A DNA stretch of 64,000 nucleotides from Antedon mediterranea (lineage: Eukaryota > Animalia > Echinodermata): the NCBI RefSeq assembly GCF_964355755.1, contig NC_092679.1:650201-714200 (forward strand), in the 5' to 3' direction. The notes under the pieces are model-generated. The model was not told where the DNA came from. It made no database searches and was given only the letters and a program-made list of their open reading frames with translations. This document shows, piece after piece, positions 37,330 through 49,764 of the stretch. Made by a program: the position numbers and the translations under genes. How positions within the stretch are numbered: position 1 is the stretch's first letter; each line of letters begins with the position of its first letter.

Positions 37330-39560
37330 CTGAAACGAAACACAAATCGACGTCACCTTGAATAACGGAAAGTGAGGAAATTGAGGATTACCCAAGGGGT
37401 ATAATATTACTATAGAGTATCAAAGTTCTTTTGCTGATAAAATAAAAACTATTATTCTGAGTGTTCAGTTTATATCCCTAATACTCCAGACATTAAAAAG
37501 ATCATTTTTATCACTTCATCTTTAAACTCCTCTTAAGATCATTTTTATCATTTCATCTTTAAACTCCTCTCAAATCTTAACAGTTTTTCACTAACATGCT
37601 ACAGTAGTAGTATTGAAATAATTATGACAAATTTAGTCAAGTTATCATGACAAAATAAGTTGAGTACATCTTACGTTTGATCAATTCATTTTAAGGATAA
37701 TTAAAATTATTATAAGACCAACATACTGTATAAGTGATGGAATACAGAGTATACTCATGCAGACCAACATACTGTATAAGTGATGGAATACAGAGTATAC
37801 TCATGCAGGCCACTTTCTTTTAGCAGACAAACTGGGGAAAGGTAGTTTAACCTTTTAATTTTTTTTTTTTGCTGTGTGTCCTATTCAAACCAATTCAGCA
37901 GTTATAAGTGTTGTTATACGCTAAAAGTTAAAACTAATGGCTTCTCTTGCCGAGACACTGTGCTCTTAAAGGACCTACAGTATGTCGGTGTATCCATGCA
38001 AGTTATGCATGAAATAGACTACATTGTTCTATAATAAAAAAAACTGCTGATCCATTGGGAATTATAGATAATCCATCAGGAATTGTAAACAGATTTAATG
38101 ACACTCGTCGGAAATGGTCAAATTAAGTATGACAATGAAACCATGTTGTAATCATTTTGTATCAAAACCAAATCAAGTTCTAGTGTAAATAAAATCTTTA
38201 TTTTTATCGATGTTTTTGTTGTTGCACACTGAACAAATAAGCATTAAATAAATTACTTAAAAGATTCAATGGAATTTCCTACTTGATTTTAAACGGAAAA
38301 ACAAACAAGGATGAATATACAAAATGATAGCTAATGATTTTAAAAGTACAATATAAAAGCACAAAGCATGTTGTCATACTGTAGTTTTACTTCCGTTCTA
38401 TTTCATTATCGACTAATTGTTTCATCATCATTACACATAGTAAGTCAATAAAATTAGTTATTAGTTCATACAATATTTCCCTTCTTACATCATCAAGTTT
38501 ACCTCCATGGTGGCAGTATCTCATTAAAATGCTACCCAAAATGTATAACATTGGTGGGGGTGGGAGTGTGGTGGGGGGAAGAGATTGAAAGTTGTTTAAT
38601 AGAATGTTATGTTAATTATTTGATTTGGTTTTATCTTCTTTTCTTTGCCATTATACTTTTCTGCAAGTACATTTTTTTCTTCTTAATATTATTATTGTGA
38701 AGGATGCACCTTTGTGTTAAGTGTAAATCCAAATATATAAAAAAATGACATCCATGCACAATGGCAGCTGCATTAAAATAGGGGAGGGAGATTTCAGATG
38801 GTGGAGGTGTTCAAGGGGGGGGGGGGGTGTTTCATGATATCTTTGATCCCCTGTGACCCCCTACTTCTGAAGAGCCAACACATTTACAGTGTAGATATTT
38901 TACATTGAATTGACTTAATTCATAGCTTTGTATTAAATGAAAGTTTGTCCCATTAATTTTGGTATTAATAGTAAAACAGTCTTCTTCACTTTTGTCTTAC
39001 TTACTTAGTGTATGGATGCAGATGTCTTAAGTACATACCTTAAGCAGTTAGGAAATGACACATTGACCAGATATTAATTGAAACCATCATACTGATGTTA
39101 TATGGTATGATGATGATGATGATGCCTTTAGGTGATGTTGTTAACGACACACTACCTAGAAGCTTAATATCATTAATATGAAGCGTAAGAATAATAATAC
39201 AGTGTACAATACTATAGCTAACAACTATTCATATTATACTAGGAATTTGGTCAAAATACTCATTTACAAAAACCTTCATCTCACACAAGAGATTTTAATT
39301 CATTTATGTATTTTATCTCGCAAAAACTAAACAAAAATCAAATGAAATATCACTATTTTTATAGCCGATACCCACCCTTAAAAAACCCTGTATTACACTA
39401 CAGACTGCATATTATATAATAAGTATTATTTAGTTAAAACTACTAAAATTTAATTAGCAATGTGGGTTTTATTTGGATGGAGCATAATTAAAGGGAGAAA
39501 ACGATGCAAAAAAACATATTATGTTTCTCTCATACATTACAAGAAAAGCAACTGTTAGTG

Positions 39561-40858
39561 TCACATGATTATTTAATGCTTCATTTAAAACCATCCAAAT
39601 AATAGAGACATGTTTATTATGTAACTGTACTTTGTTTAGCCATGCCTCATATGCATATCACATGATTATTTAATGCTTCATTTAAAACCATCCAAATAAT
39701 AGAGACATGTTTATTATGTAACTGTACTTTGTTTATAGCCATGCCTCATACGCATATCACATGATTATTTAATGCTTCATTTAAAACCATCCAAATAATA
39801 GAGACATGTTTATTATGTAACTGTACTTTGTTTATAGCCATGCCTCATACGCATATCACATGATTATTTAATACTTCATTTAAAACCATCCAAATAATAG
39901 AGACCTGTTTATTATTTAACTGTACTTTGTTTATAGCCATGCCTCATACGCATATCACATGATTATTTAATACTTCATTTAAAACCATCCAAATAATAGA
40001 GACATGTTTATTATTTAACTGTACTTTGTTTATAGCCATGCCTCATACGCATATCAAATGATTATTTAATACTTCATTTAAAACCATCCAAATAATAGAG
40101 ACATGTTTATTATGTAACTGTACTTTGTTTATAGCCATGCCTCATACGCATATCACATGATTATTTAATACTTCATTTAAAACCATCCAAATAATAGAGA
40201 CATGTTTATTATGTAACTGTACTTTGTTTATAGCCATGCCTCATACGCATATCACATGATTATTTAATACTTCATTTAAAACCATCCAAATAATAGAGAC
40301 ATGTTTATTATTTAACTGTACTTTGTTTATAGCCATGCCTCATACGCATATCACATGATTATTTAATACTTCAATTAAAACCATCCAAATAATAGAGACA
40401 TGTTTATTATTTAACTGTACTTTGTTTATAGCCATGCCTCATACGCATATCACATGATTATTTAATACTTCATTTAAAACCATCCAAATAATAGAGACAT
40501 GTTTATTATTTAACTGTACTTTGTTTATAGCCATGCCTCATACGCATATCACATGATTATTTAATACTTCATTTAAAACCATCCAAATAATAGAGACCTG
40601 TTTATTATTTAACTGTACTTTGTTTATAGCCATGCCTCATACGCATATCACATGATTATTTAATACTTCATTTAAAACCATCCAAATAATAGAGACCTGT
40701 TTATTATTTAACTGTACTGTGTTTATAGCCATGCCTCATATGTATATCACATGATTATTTAATACTTCATTCAAAACCATCCAAATAATAGAGACATGTT
40801 TATTATTTAACTGTACTTTGTTTATAGCCATGCCTCATACGCATATCACATGATTATT
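39561..40858. repeat. 99-bp tandem repeat, about 13 copies
   Basis: TCACATGATTATTTAATACTTCATTTAAAACCATCC... recurring every 99 bp. Confidence 0.97.
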
Positions 40859-43667
40859 AGTGCCCTGTCATTACATCATCATTAGTAATTGCTCTTTAAC
40901 TAGTTTTCATGAGATATTGGCCTTAATTGGACTATACCATTAAATAGATGGGGATAAGATTATATTTGTTAAAGGTTACTGTAGAATTCTAATTAAATTT
41001 AAACTTTGTTTCCATCGAAGTATTACGCAAATATTTTCATTACAAAATATAAAGCTTCTTAAAAATGATTGCATATAATAATAATAATATTTATACAGAT
41101 AAAACTATTACTATATTACTACTACTATTTAGATTTTATTGCCGATGAAAATAAATGTGTTGTTAATTAATATTAAGGTCGGTATCACTCATCATTTGAA
41201 CAAGAATAATGATGAATTGAGCCAACAAACTGAATATCATTCTATTACCATTCATTCATTCATCAGTGGATTATTAATTTCATTTATTGTCATCTGCATA
41301 TAAAATATACATAGAAATTATGTTTGCTCGGAGATATACAAAACCAGATACAATATGTCACATCACTATCGTAACAGACCAATTTATCACTATATTATTA
41401 AGACTTCAGAAACTTAAGTGAAATCAATGTAATTAAATACTTTTAATTGTATTTCTAAGCATTTTGCATTGGTGTCGCTTAGCAGCAATGCAATTGTAGG
41501 TTTACATTGAGTAAAAATAAATCATTCTCCATTTTGAATTATTCCAGATTATTGGTTGAATTCCAATACCTAAATAGTTAATCATGTTTAAACAACAAAA
41601 AAAGAATTAGGAATTATGAAATTAACTGATAGCTTGGACAACTTATAAAAACTAAAATGAATAAAAATGTTTACTTATTACTTTCAAACAGAATAGGATA
41701 ATGAATTTGAACAAAAAAGATATTCTTAGATTTTGGTAAGCCAATCTTCCACCACTATAGTATTACTTCCTTCCAAGAATCAAAATGTAGTAAAGATAGG
41801 CTTACACTATCCAACAGCACAATAAATAAAATAAATCACTTAAAAATACCATTAAAAACTCCATTTTGAACACGTCGTTCTTGAATCGAAGCATGCTACC
41901 AGGAACGTACCACCAGTGACTATGATACCATCAGATTTAAGAACACAATTTAGCTGATGCTAAGTACTTAATATCATAACCATCAGTGCTATATTAGCAA
42001 CAGGAAGAAAATTAATGGTAGCTTAGTACATGCTTAGTACCCTTTAAAATATTCTGTAAAGTCTCAAGGGAAGGAAACAATAGTATTAGCAAAGCAGTGG
42101 GGTGTTTCCTTAATAGATGGGTTATTAGACCAACCCTAAAGCAGGATACAGTTACTATCAAGAACAAGATAATAATATAAATGAAGATGTCTTTTCAATT
42201 CAAAGTTTCCTTTCATTTGGCCTCAATAGCACACCATAGGCAGGAAGTATTCAATTAGCAGCACCACACTCAACTCAAATACTCATTTCAAATACTCATT
42301 CTATTGTAGCATTTTAATCATACGGTAGTTGTATACTTATATCATCGCTAAAGGCTACAAATTGTAGGTCTATTACAGTCAAGATTAGCGTAATGTATCA
42401 CACATCTTATAACGCTGAACCTTATTGGTTGAAAACGGTCTTATCTAACCGTTAGACGCTGATGTAATTCAGAATTTGTTCTATATATGAGGCATCTTGA
42501 TTGAATAAAGGAAACAAATTTAATTCTTATAACATTCAATCTCAACACCCTAATTTTTCTCTGTAGTTTATAACTCTATTGGTGTGAAGAAAGTCTAAAC
42601 TTAAGTACCCCCATTAAGATAACTGTACCTTGAAGGCCATGTATTATCAAGATTAGATACAATTTAACTTCAAGTACCCTACTGTAAATTATTTAATGTG
42701 ATATCAATTTAAGATACTATATTTACTGTAGGCTAACATATTACATTATTCATAATTTTTTACAATTAAATCATTTTAGAAATGCCTAAAGTAAAATTCA
42801 TAATGAAAGCTCGGCAAATTTGATACATATTATAGTTTAAGCATTCTTACACATATTTTTGTATAGCAAATTAATAATTACATATCTTCTTCATGTGTAA
42901 TCAATAAAGATTTTGACCTTTGGAGTTAAGCCTACTGAATATCATATACATATAGATTTTGGTATAGTATTGTATCAGTAACAGTGACGAGATACCAGAG
43001 AAAATTACAGTATAAGCAGGGAGTTGTTACTCCCTGGTATAAGTATATACTTAATTTGATTTGCTTAGATTTTAGATGAAGTATACTACAACACCTGTAT
43101 TGAAGTACTACCAGTAGGTGATGCTGATACCAAAGAAAATTCCAGTATCGGTACTTAATTGGATTATAATTAAGTATGCAATACAAAAGTGTGATGATTC
43201 CACTTATCTTTACTAAATAAATATATTTAATTAACCAAAGTTTTTAAGAATCATTTCTTTTTCATATACATCAACCAAATCATTTCAAAGGAAGAACTTT
43301 CAACGGTTCTAGAAAAACTGGAGATGGATTTTGCCTTTAATTAGAAACACAATAAGTCAATTAAATAAACAATGCATTCATTAGACATAACAAATGGCAA
43401 TAGCAATCCCTATGGACAAAGTAGTCAATGAAATTAATGAACAAGATATGCGAATTATCTAGTTAACTTGTAGTCTGTAGCTACTATCACATTACATACT
43501 CCCTTAATATCTGGGTCACTTTTATTCCCAAACTTTAAAATGAGTGTACAGTAATAACATTTGTTTTATTTAGTTAGTTTATTATTAGTTATAATAATTA
43601 TAAACCAGAATATTAAAAATAGACAATAAATATGTTTATGTTTCAATTTTTGTTCAAGAAATTATTA

Positions 43668-43896
43668 AAGCCACTATCAAACTTTATGTGACAAAATAAT
43701 GTGTCCATGGCAGTGATATGGCCAAATATGGCAGTGATATGCCCAAATATGGAAGTGATATGCCCAAATATGGAAGTGATATGGTCAAATATGGCAGTGA
43801 TATGGTCAAATATGGTAGTGATATGACATCATCATGTCCATATTTGGGCACATCACATTTTTTTGACACATAAAGTTTGATAGTGTAGACAAGGCT
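43668..43896 (-). mobile_element. PIF/Harbinger-like MITE, family A, with internal 21-bp repeat expansion
   Basis: Right TIR GTGTAGACAAGGCT|TTA; CCAAATATGGCAGTGATATG repeated about 5-6 times versus 1-2 in other copies. Confidence 0.82.
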
Positions 43897-44452
43897 TTAG
43901 GCAATTAATTTTTTTCTAACAAAATTTTTTAATTAATTGTTTCCATTAATTACAATCTTCACACCTTCTAAGTTTCAATATAGTATTATAACAGTTTACC
44001 AACTGCCTACTTTGCTCTTCTGTTCGCTTATCATCACTTTATCGCCATAGAAACATATTATCTACATTTCAATCTACAGGGGATATGTGGTATCCTAGCA
44101 ACATGACAAAGAAGATTAATTATTTATATAAGTATAAAAGGATGTAAAGTGGCTAAGTTTGACAACAGATAGTTTAACAAGTCAATATGATAGCTACAGG
44201 CAATTATACCAATGACTGTACAATAATCCTACAATACACATTATTCGGAATGTTTATATTTTGCAAAGAAAAGGATGAATAAATTTCATACAGTATATAT
44301 TATTTTATTTCAAATATTTGAAACTATAAAAATGAAAATACATTTTGTTGCTAATATAACTAGACCTGCTAATTTCTGTAATTCAACTTCTTATAGAATA
44401 ATTTTTTGGGAAAAATGTGCTTACTGCACTTATGGTGGTTGAGTTGTTAGTT

Positions 44453-44970
44453 TATATATTAAGACTAGTGGGGAAAAGAGTAAATATCAAGCCTCAGAGT
44501 ACTAGATATTATATATTAAGAGTAGTGGGAAAAAGAGTAAATATCAAGCCTGAGACTACTAGATATTATATATTAAGACTAGTGGGGAAAAGCGTAAATA
44601 TCAAGCCTCAGAGTACTAGATATTATATATTAAGAGTAGTGGGAAAAAGAGTAAATATCAAGCCTGAGACTACTAGATATTATATATTAAGACTAGTGGG
44701 GAAAAGAGTAAATATCAAGCCTGAGAGTACTAGATATTATATATTAAGACTAGTGGGGAAAAGAGTAAATATCAAGCCCGAGAGTCCTAGATATTATATA
44801 TTACGACTAGTGGGGAAAAGAGTAAATATCAAGCCTGAGAGTCCTAGATATTATATTAAGACTAGTGGGGAAAAGAGTAAATATCAAGCCTGAGACTACT
44901 AGATATTATATATTAAGAGTAGTGGGAAAAAGAGTAAATATCAAGCCCGAGACTACTACCGTACTAGATA
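44453..44970. repeat. 57-bp minisatellite, about 9 copies
   Basis: AAGACTAGTGGGGAAAAGAGTAAATATCAAGCC...; unit divisible by 3, which explains the 158-aa ORF. Confidence 0.96.
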
Positions 44971-45250
44971 TTCTAAAGAAGAGAAATAAAAGAGTACATA
45001 GCATATTTAAAAACAATTATTACAGTGAATGAAAATTACATTATAAATCAACTTAAATATTATGTGCAGTTTTGATACATTCTATCTTATTGTTAATGAA
45101 ACCTCTCATCAACAGAATTAGGTCAAGTTATATTGTAATTTCTTAGAATTGGGTCAATTTGATCGGGTAATTATCAGATAAGTAAACACAAAAATTAATT
45201 AAGTTAGCCAATTAAACGACTAGACAGTAACCGTGGGATGCAACATAAGT

Positions 45251-45265
45251 AGTGCCACCTAGTGA
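45251..45265 (-). promoter_or_regulatory. Candidate CTCF site
   Basis: Reverse complement TCACTAGGTGGCACT versus CTCF core CCACYAGRKGGCRS. Confidence 0.45.
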
Positions 45266-45316
45266 CCAAAATCATTTTTTTCTTATAAACTTTATTTGCA
45301 GACTGTGATTGCAATC

Positions 45317-46508
45317 TGCAAGAAAAGATGAGGGAATGAAGGCAAAGTGTTGCTACTGCAAGAAAAGATGAGGGAATGAAGGCAAAGAGTTGTTAATGCA
45401 AGAAAAGATAAGGGAATGAAGGCAAAGAGTTGTTACTGCAAGAAAAGATAAGGGAATGAAGGCAAAGATTTGTTACTGCAAAAAAAGATAAGGGAATGAA
45501 GGCAAAGAGTTGTTACTGCAAGAAAAGATAAGGGAATGAAGGCAAAGAGTTGTTAATGCAAGAAAAGATGAGGGAATGAAGGCAAAGAGTTGTTACTGCA
45601 AGAAAAGATGAGGGAATGAAGGCAAAGAGTTGTTACTGCAAGAAAAGATGAGGGAATGAAGGCAAAGAGTTGTTACTGCAAGAAAAGATGAGGGAATGAA
45701 GGCAAAGAGTTGTTACTGCAAGAAAAGATGAGGGAATGAAGGCAAAGAGTTGTTACTGCAAGAAAAGATGAGGGAATGAAGGCAAAGAGTTGTTAATGCA
45801 AGAAAAGATAAGGGAATGAAGGCAAAGATTTGTTACTGCAAAAAAAGATAAGGGAATGAAGGCAAAGAGTTGTTACTGCAAGAAAAGATAAGGGAATGAA
45901 GGCAAAGAGTTGTTACTGCAAGAAAAGATGAGGGAATGAAGGCAAAGTGTTGTTACTGCAAGAAAAGATGAGGGAATGAAGGCAAAGAGTTGTTACTGCA
46001 AGAAAAGATGAGGGAATGAAGGCAAAGAGTTGTTACTGCAAGAAAAGATGAGGGAATGAAGGCAAAGAGTTGTTACTGCAAGAAAAGATGAGGGAATGAA
46101 GGCAAAGAGTTGTTACTGCAAGAAAAGATGAGGGAATGAAGGCAAAGAGTTGTTAATGCAAGAAAAGATAAGGGAATGAAGGCAAAGATTTGTTACTGCA
46201 AAAAAAGATAAGGGAATGAAGGCAAAGAGTTGTTACTGCAAGAAAAGATAAGGGAATGAAGGCAAAGAGTTGTTACTGCAAGAAAAGATGAGGGAATGAA
46301 GGCAAAGAGTTGTTACTGCAAGAAAAGATAAGGGAATGAAGGCAAAGAGTTGTTACTGCAAGAAAAGATGAGGGAATGAAGGCAAAGAGTTGTTAATGCA
46401 AGAAAAGATGAGGGAATGAAGGCAAAGAGTTGTTACTGCAAGAAAAGATAAGGGAATGAAGGCAAAGAGTTGTTACTGCAAGAAAAGATGAGGGAATGAA
46501 GGCAAAGC
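45317..46508. repeat. 40-bp purine-rich minisatellite (TGCAAGAAAAGATGAGGGAATGAAGGCAAAGAGTTGTTAC), about 30 copies
   Basis: Direct tandem copies. Confidence 0.98.
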
Positions 46509-46641
46509 GATAATGGAGGTACATGCTAATCTATACAATTAAAGTAAATGCTACAATGAAATTCTGTAATTGGTGAATACACTGTTGTTGGATATGAAAG
46601 ACTAAAATAAATAAAAATATGCATACAATAGGTGGAATATA

Positions 46642-46872
46642 TTATGATGGGCAAAGCACCAACTGCTTTAGATCAATGCTTATGATGGGCAAAGCACCAA
46701 CTGCTTTAGATCAATGCTTATGATGGGCAAAGCACCAACTGCTTTAGATCAATGCTTATGATGGGCAAAGCACCAACTGCTTTAGATCAATGCTTATGAT
46801 GGGCAAAGCACCAACTGCTTTAGATCAATGCTTATGATGGGCAAAGCACCAACTGCTTTAGATCAATGCTTA
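46642..46872. repeat. 38-bp minisatellite x6
   Basis: TTATGATGGGCAAAGCACCAACTGCTTTAGATCAATGC perfect copies. Confidence 0.97.
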
Positions 46873-47560
46873 TATTCATACACCTACAGTACCTTCAAAT
46901 ATGTTCTCGCTTAAACTGCAACATTAAAACCATAATTCTTTGAACTTGCTACTAAACTATGAACTATGTAGTACCACAGTTGAAATATATATCAATGAGC
47001 TTGGATTGAATTCTTGTATGTTGCTGTAGGCATAAGAACCATCTCCCACTGGTACTTAAGTATAACTGCATCAAAACTAAGCCATTAACCTTACCCAGCT
47101 ACAATACTGTTAGATTGTGACAAGAAATATAATACTCTACTCTACTTAAGCGGCAAATGATATGGAAAGATGAACTTTTACTTTAAAATAATACACTGAC
47201 AAAAATTATCTGCTTATTAAAAAAATAATGTTTTAAAGCATACATTAATTAGAATAATTGCCCTTTTCACTTTATTAAATTGACCGCGATTTAATTTTGC
47301 CATTTTTTATATAATGAGATCAATTAAAACAAGAATAATGAAATTACATTACAAGCAGGAATGATAAACATTTTGTGTTGAAAGTTGATTTAATATGGCA
47401 GTGATAACAAATGATTTTAAATGATGAAAATAATTGACTACAAAAAGAAAATATTGATTACTACAGTATCACATTCATCTTAATATTCTTAAGAATTGAT
47501 TTGCATGCAGTTTTGTAACACCAAACTCTTGTAAATTAAACAGGCCCATAAAATATCAAA

Positions 47561-48280
47561 GGTCGTGTTCGTACGGTGGTTAAAATAAGCGCTTAATTTC
47601 ACCCATGCCTCGGGTTATAAATTGAGCGTTGTTCGTACTTGAAATATTTAACCGCTTAAAAGCTTAATCGACGAATCACAAACCGGAAATTACGTTTTAA
47701 GGTCAGTTGTCTTTACAACCTACGACCCCATTTTCGCACGCTAGTTTCGTGTTGTATATTTTTACTCGCGATCTTTCTTTACAATAACAATTACTTGCTA
47801 CCTTTTACACTGCTTATCCTTGCGACAAACCTTATGCCTCTTAACGCCGATAATCCTGGCGAAATATGCCTTCTCCTGACGACCATTATTTTACTCATTG
47901 ACGAAGAATTTGAGCCCAATGTTAACGACGGAAACACCACCGACCAGCTAGGCCTACTAAGCGGGGTGTATTCCTAAAGCGGTCTACACCAACAAGGACA
48001 GCACCAGCTGACGATCGCTCTCGAAGCGTGTATGGAAGAGCTTCGTAGGAGAAATGACGGGCCTCCTAGGCAGCGAACGTTTGTCAAAATTTGACACATT
48101 GCCTCTATCGGAGATTTATTATCCTCGAAGGCCGAGTATAATTGGATTATCGCTGAAATAACCTGCAAATTTGGTGAACATTTTGCCTCGAATTTTTTGT
48201 AGCCCGAGGCAAAAGTTAATTGGATCACGCGAACGGAAATCGGGAATAAGCTGGTATTTTCAACCCCTACGAACAGGCCC
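47561..48280. mobile_element. 720-bp CpG-rich non-autonomous PIF/Harbinger-like element
   Basis: Imperfect TIRs GGTCGTGTTCGTACGGTGGTTAAAATA / GGGCCTGTTCGTAGGGGTTGAAAATA; AAA on both flanks; sharp composition shift. Confidence 0.68.
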
Positions 48281-48560
48281 AAAGATTATGCAAACAGGAA
48301 AGGAGTTAAAATCAATGGGATTAAATGAATGAATGGTGAATGCATTCAATGCCTTCAGAAAGGCTGTACTTGCTGACCATTAGACATTTCTCACTTCACT
48401 GACCACTAGGATTCAGTTAACGTATTGTGAAAGGCTGTGAAGTTATACCTACCTGCTGACCATTTTACTGACTCTAAGCTACTTTTATCTCAAATCATGG
48501 CAATCTATTAATGTATGAAAGACATATTGACCCTAAAAAACAATTGTTTACAATATTGCA

Positions 48561-49390
48561 TTGCTTAGAAATAGTATGTCATTTTAATATCACATACTGT
48601 ATTCACTTGCGTAGTAATAGTATGTCATTTTAATATCACATACTGTATTCACTTGCTTAGAAATAGTATGTCATTTTAATATCACATACTGTATTCACTT
48701 GCTTAGTAATAGTATGTCATTTTAATATCACATACTGTATTCACTTGCTTAGAAATAGTATGTCATTTTAATATCACATACTGTATTCACTTGCTTAGAA
48801 ATAGTATGTCATTTTAATATCACATACTGTATTCACTTGCTTAGTAATAGTATGTCATTTTAATATCACATACTGTATTCACTTGCTTAGTAATAGTATG
48901 TCATTTTAATATCACATACTGTATTCACTTGCTTAGAAATAGTATGTCATTTTAATATCACATACTGTATTCACTTGCTTAGAAATAGTATGTCATTTTA
49001 ATATCACATACTGTATTCACTTGCTTAGAAATAGTATGTCATTTTAATATCACATACTGTATTCACTTGCTTAGTAATAGTATGTCATTTTAATATCACA
49101 TACTGTATTCACTTGCTTAGTAATAGTATGTCATTTTAATATCACATACTGTATTCACTTGCTTAGTAATAGTATGTCATTTTAATATCACATACTGTAT
49201 TCACTTGCTTAGTAATAGTATGTCATTTTAATATCACATACTGTATTCACTTGCTTAGTAATAGTATGTCATTTTAATATCACATACTGTATTCACTTGC
49301 TTAGTAATAGTATGTCATTTTAATATCACATACTGTATTCACTTGCTTAGTAATAGTATGTCATTTTAATATCACATACTGTATTCACTT
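48561..49390. repeat. 46-bp minisatellite x18
   Basis: TTGCTTAGWAATAGTATGTCATTTTAATATCACATACTGTATTCAC. Confidence 0.97.
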
Positions 49391-49499
49391 CAAACCAAAA
49401 ATTTGAATGGAACAAAAATTATTTACCTGAAAGTTAACAGAAATTAAATGGGTTTTTGGTTATTTGATTAAATGAGTACAGCAGTATACATTAATATTC

Positions 49500-49764
49500 T
49501 TTCTGTGACATCGAGTATGAAGCGTCTGACATCGGGTATAAAGCGTCTCACATACGCGCAGAGCCAAAATCGCATCTTGGACTTGCACAGTGTATGGACT
49601 CTTTCTGTGACATCGGGTATGAAGCGTCTCACATAGGCACAGAGCCAAAATCGAATCTTGGACTTGCACAGTGTATGGACTCTTTCTGTGACATCGGGTA
49701 TGAAGCGTATCACATAGGCACAGAGCCAAAATCGAATCTTGGACTTGCACAGTGTATGGACTCT
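49500..49764. repeat. 81-bp tandem repeat, about 3 copies
   Basis: CTTTCTGTGACATCGGGTATGAAGCG...CACAGTGTATGGACT. Confidence 0.92.

Noticed and set aside
38550-38830. G-rich tracts as G-quadruplex regulators
   Set aside because: Short irregular G runs and a homopolymer; nothing beyond generic low complexity.
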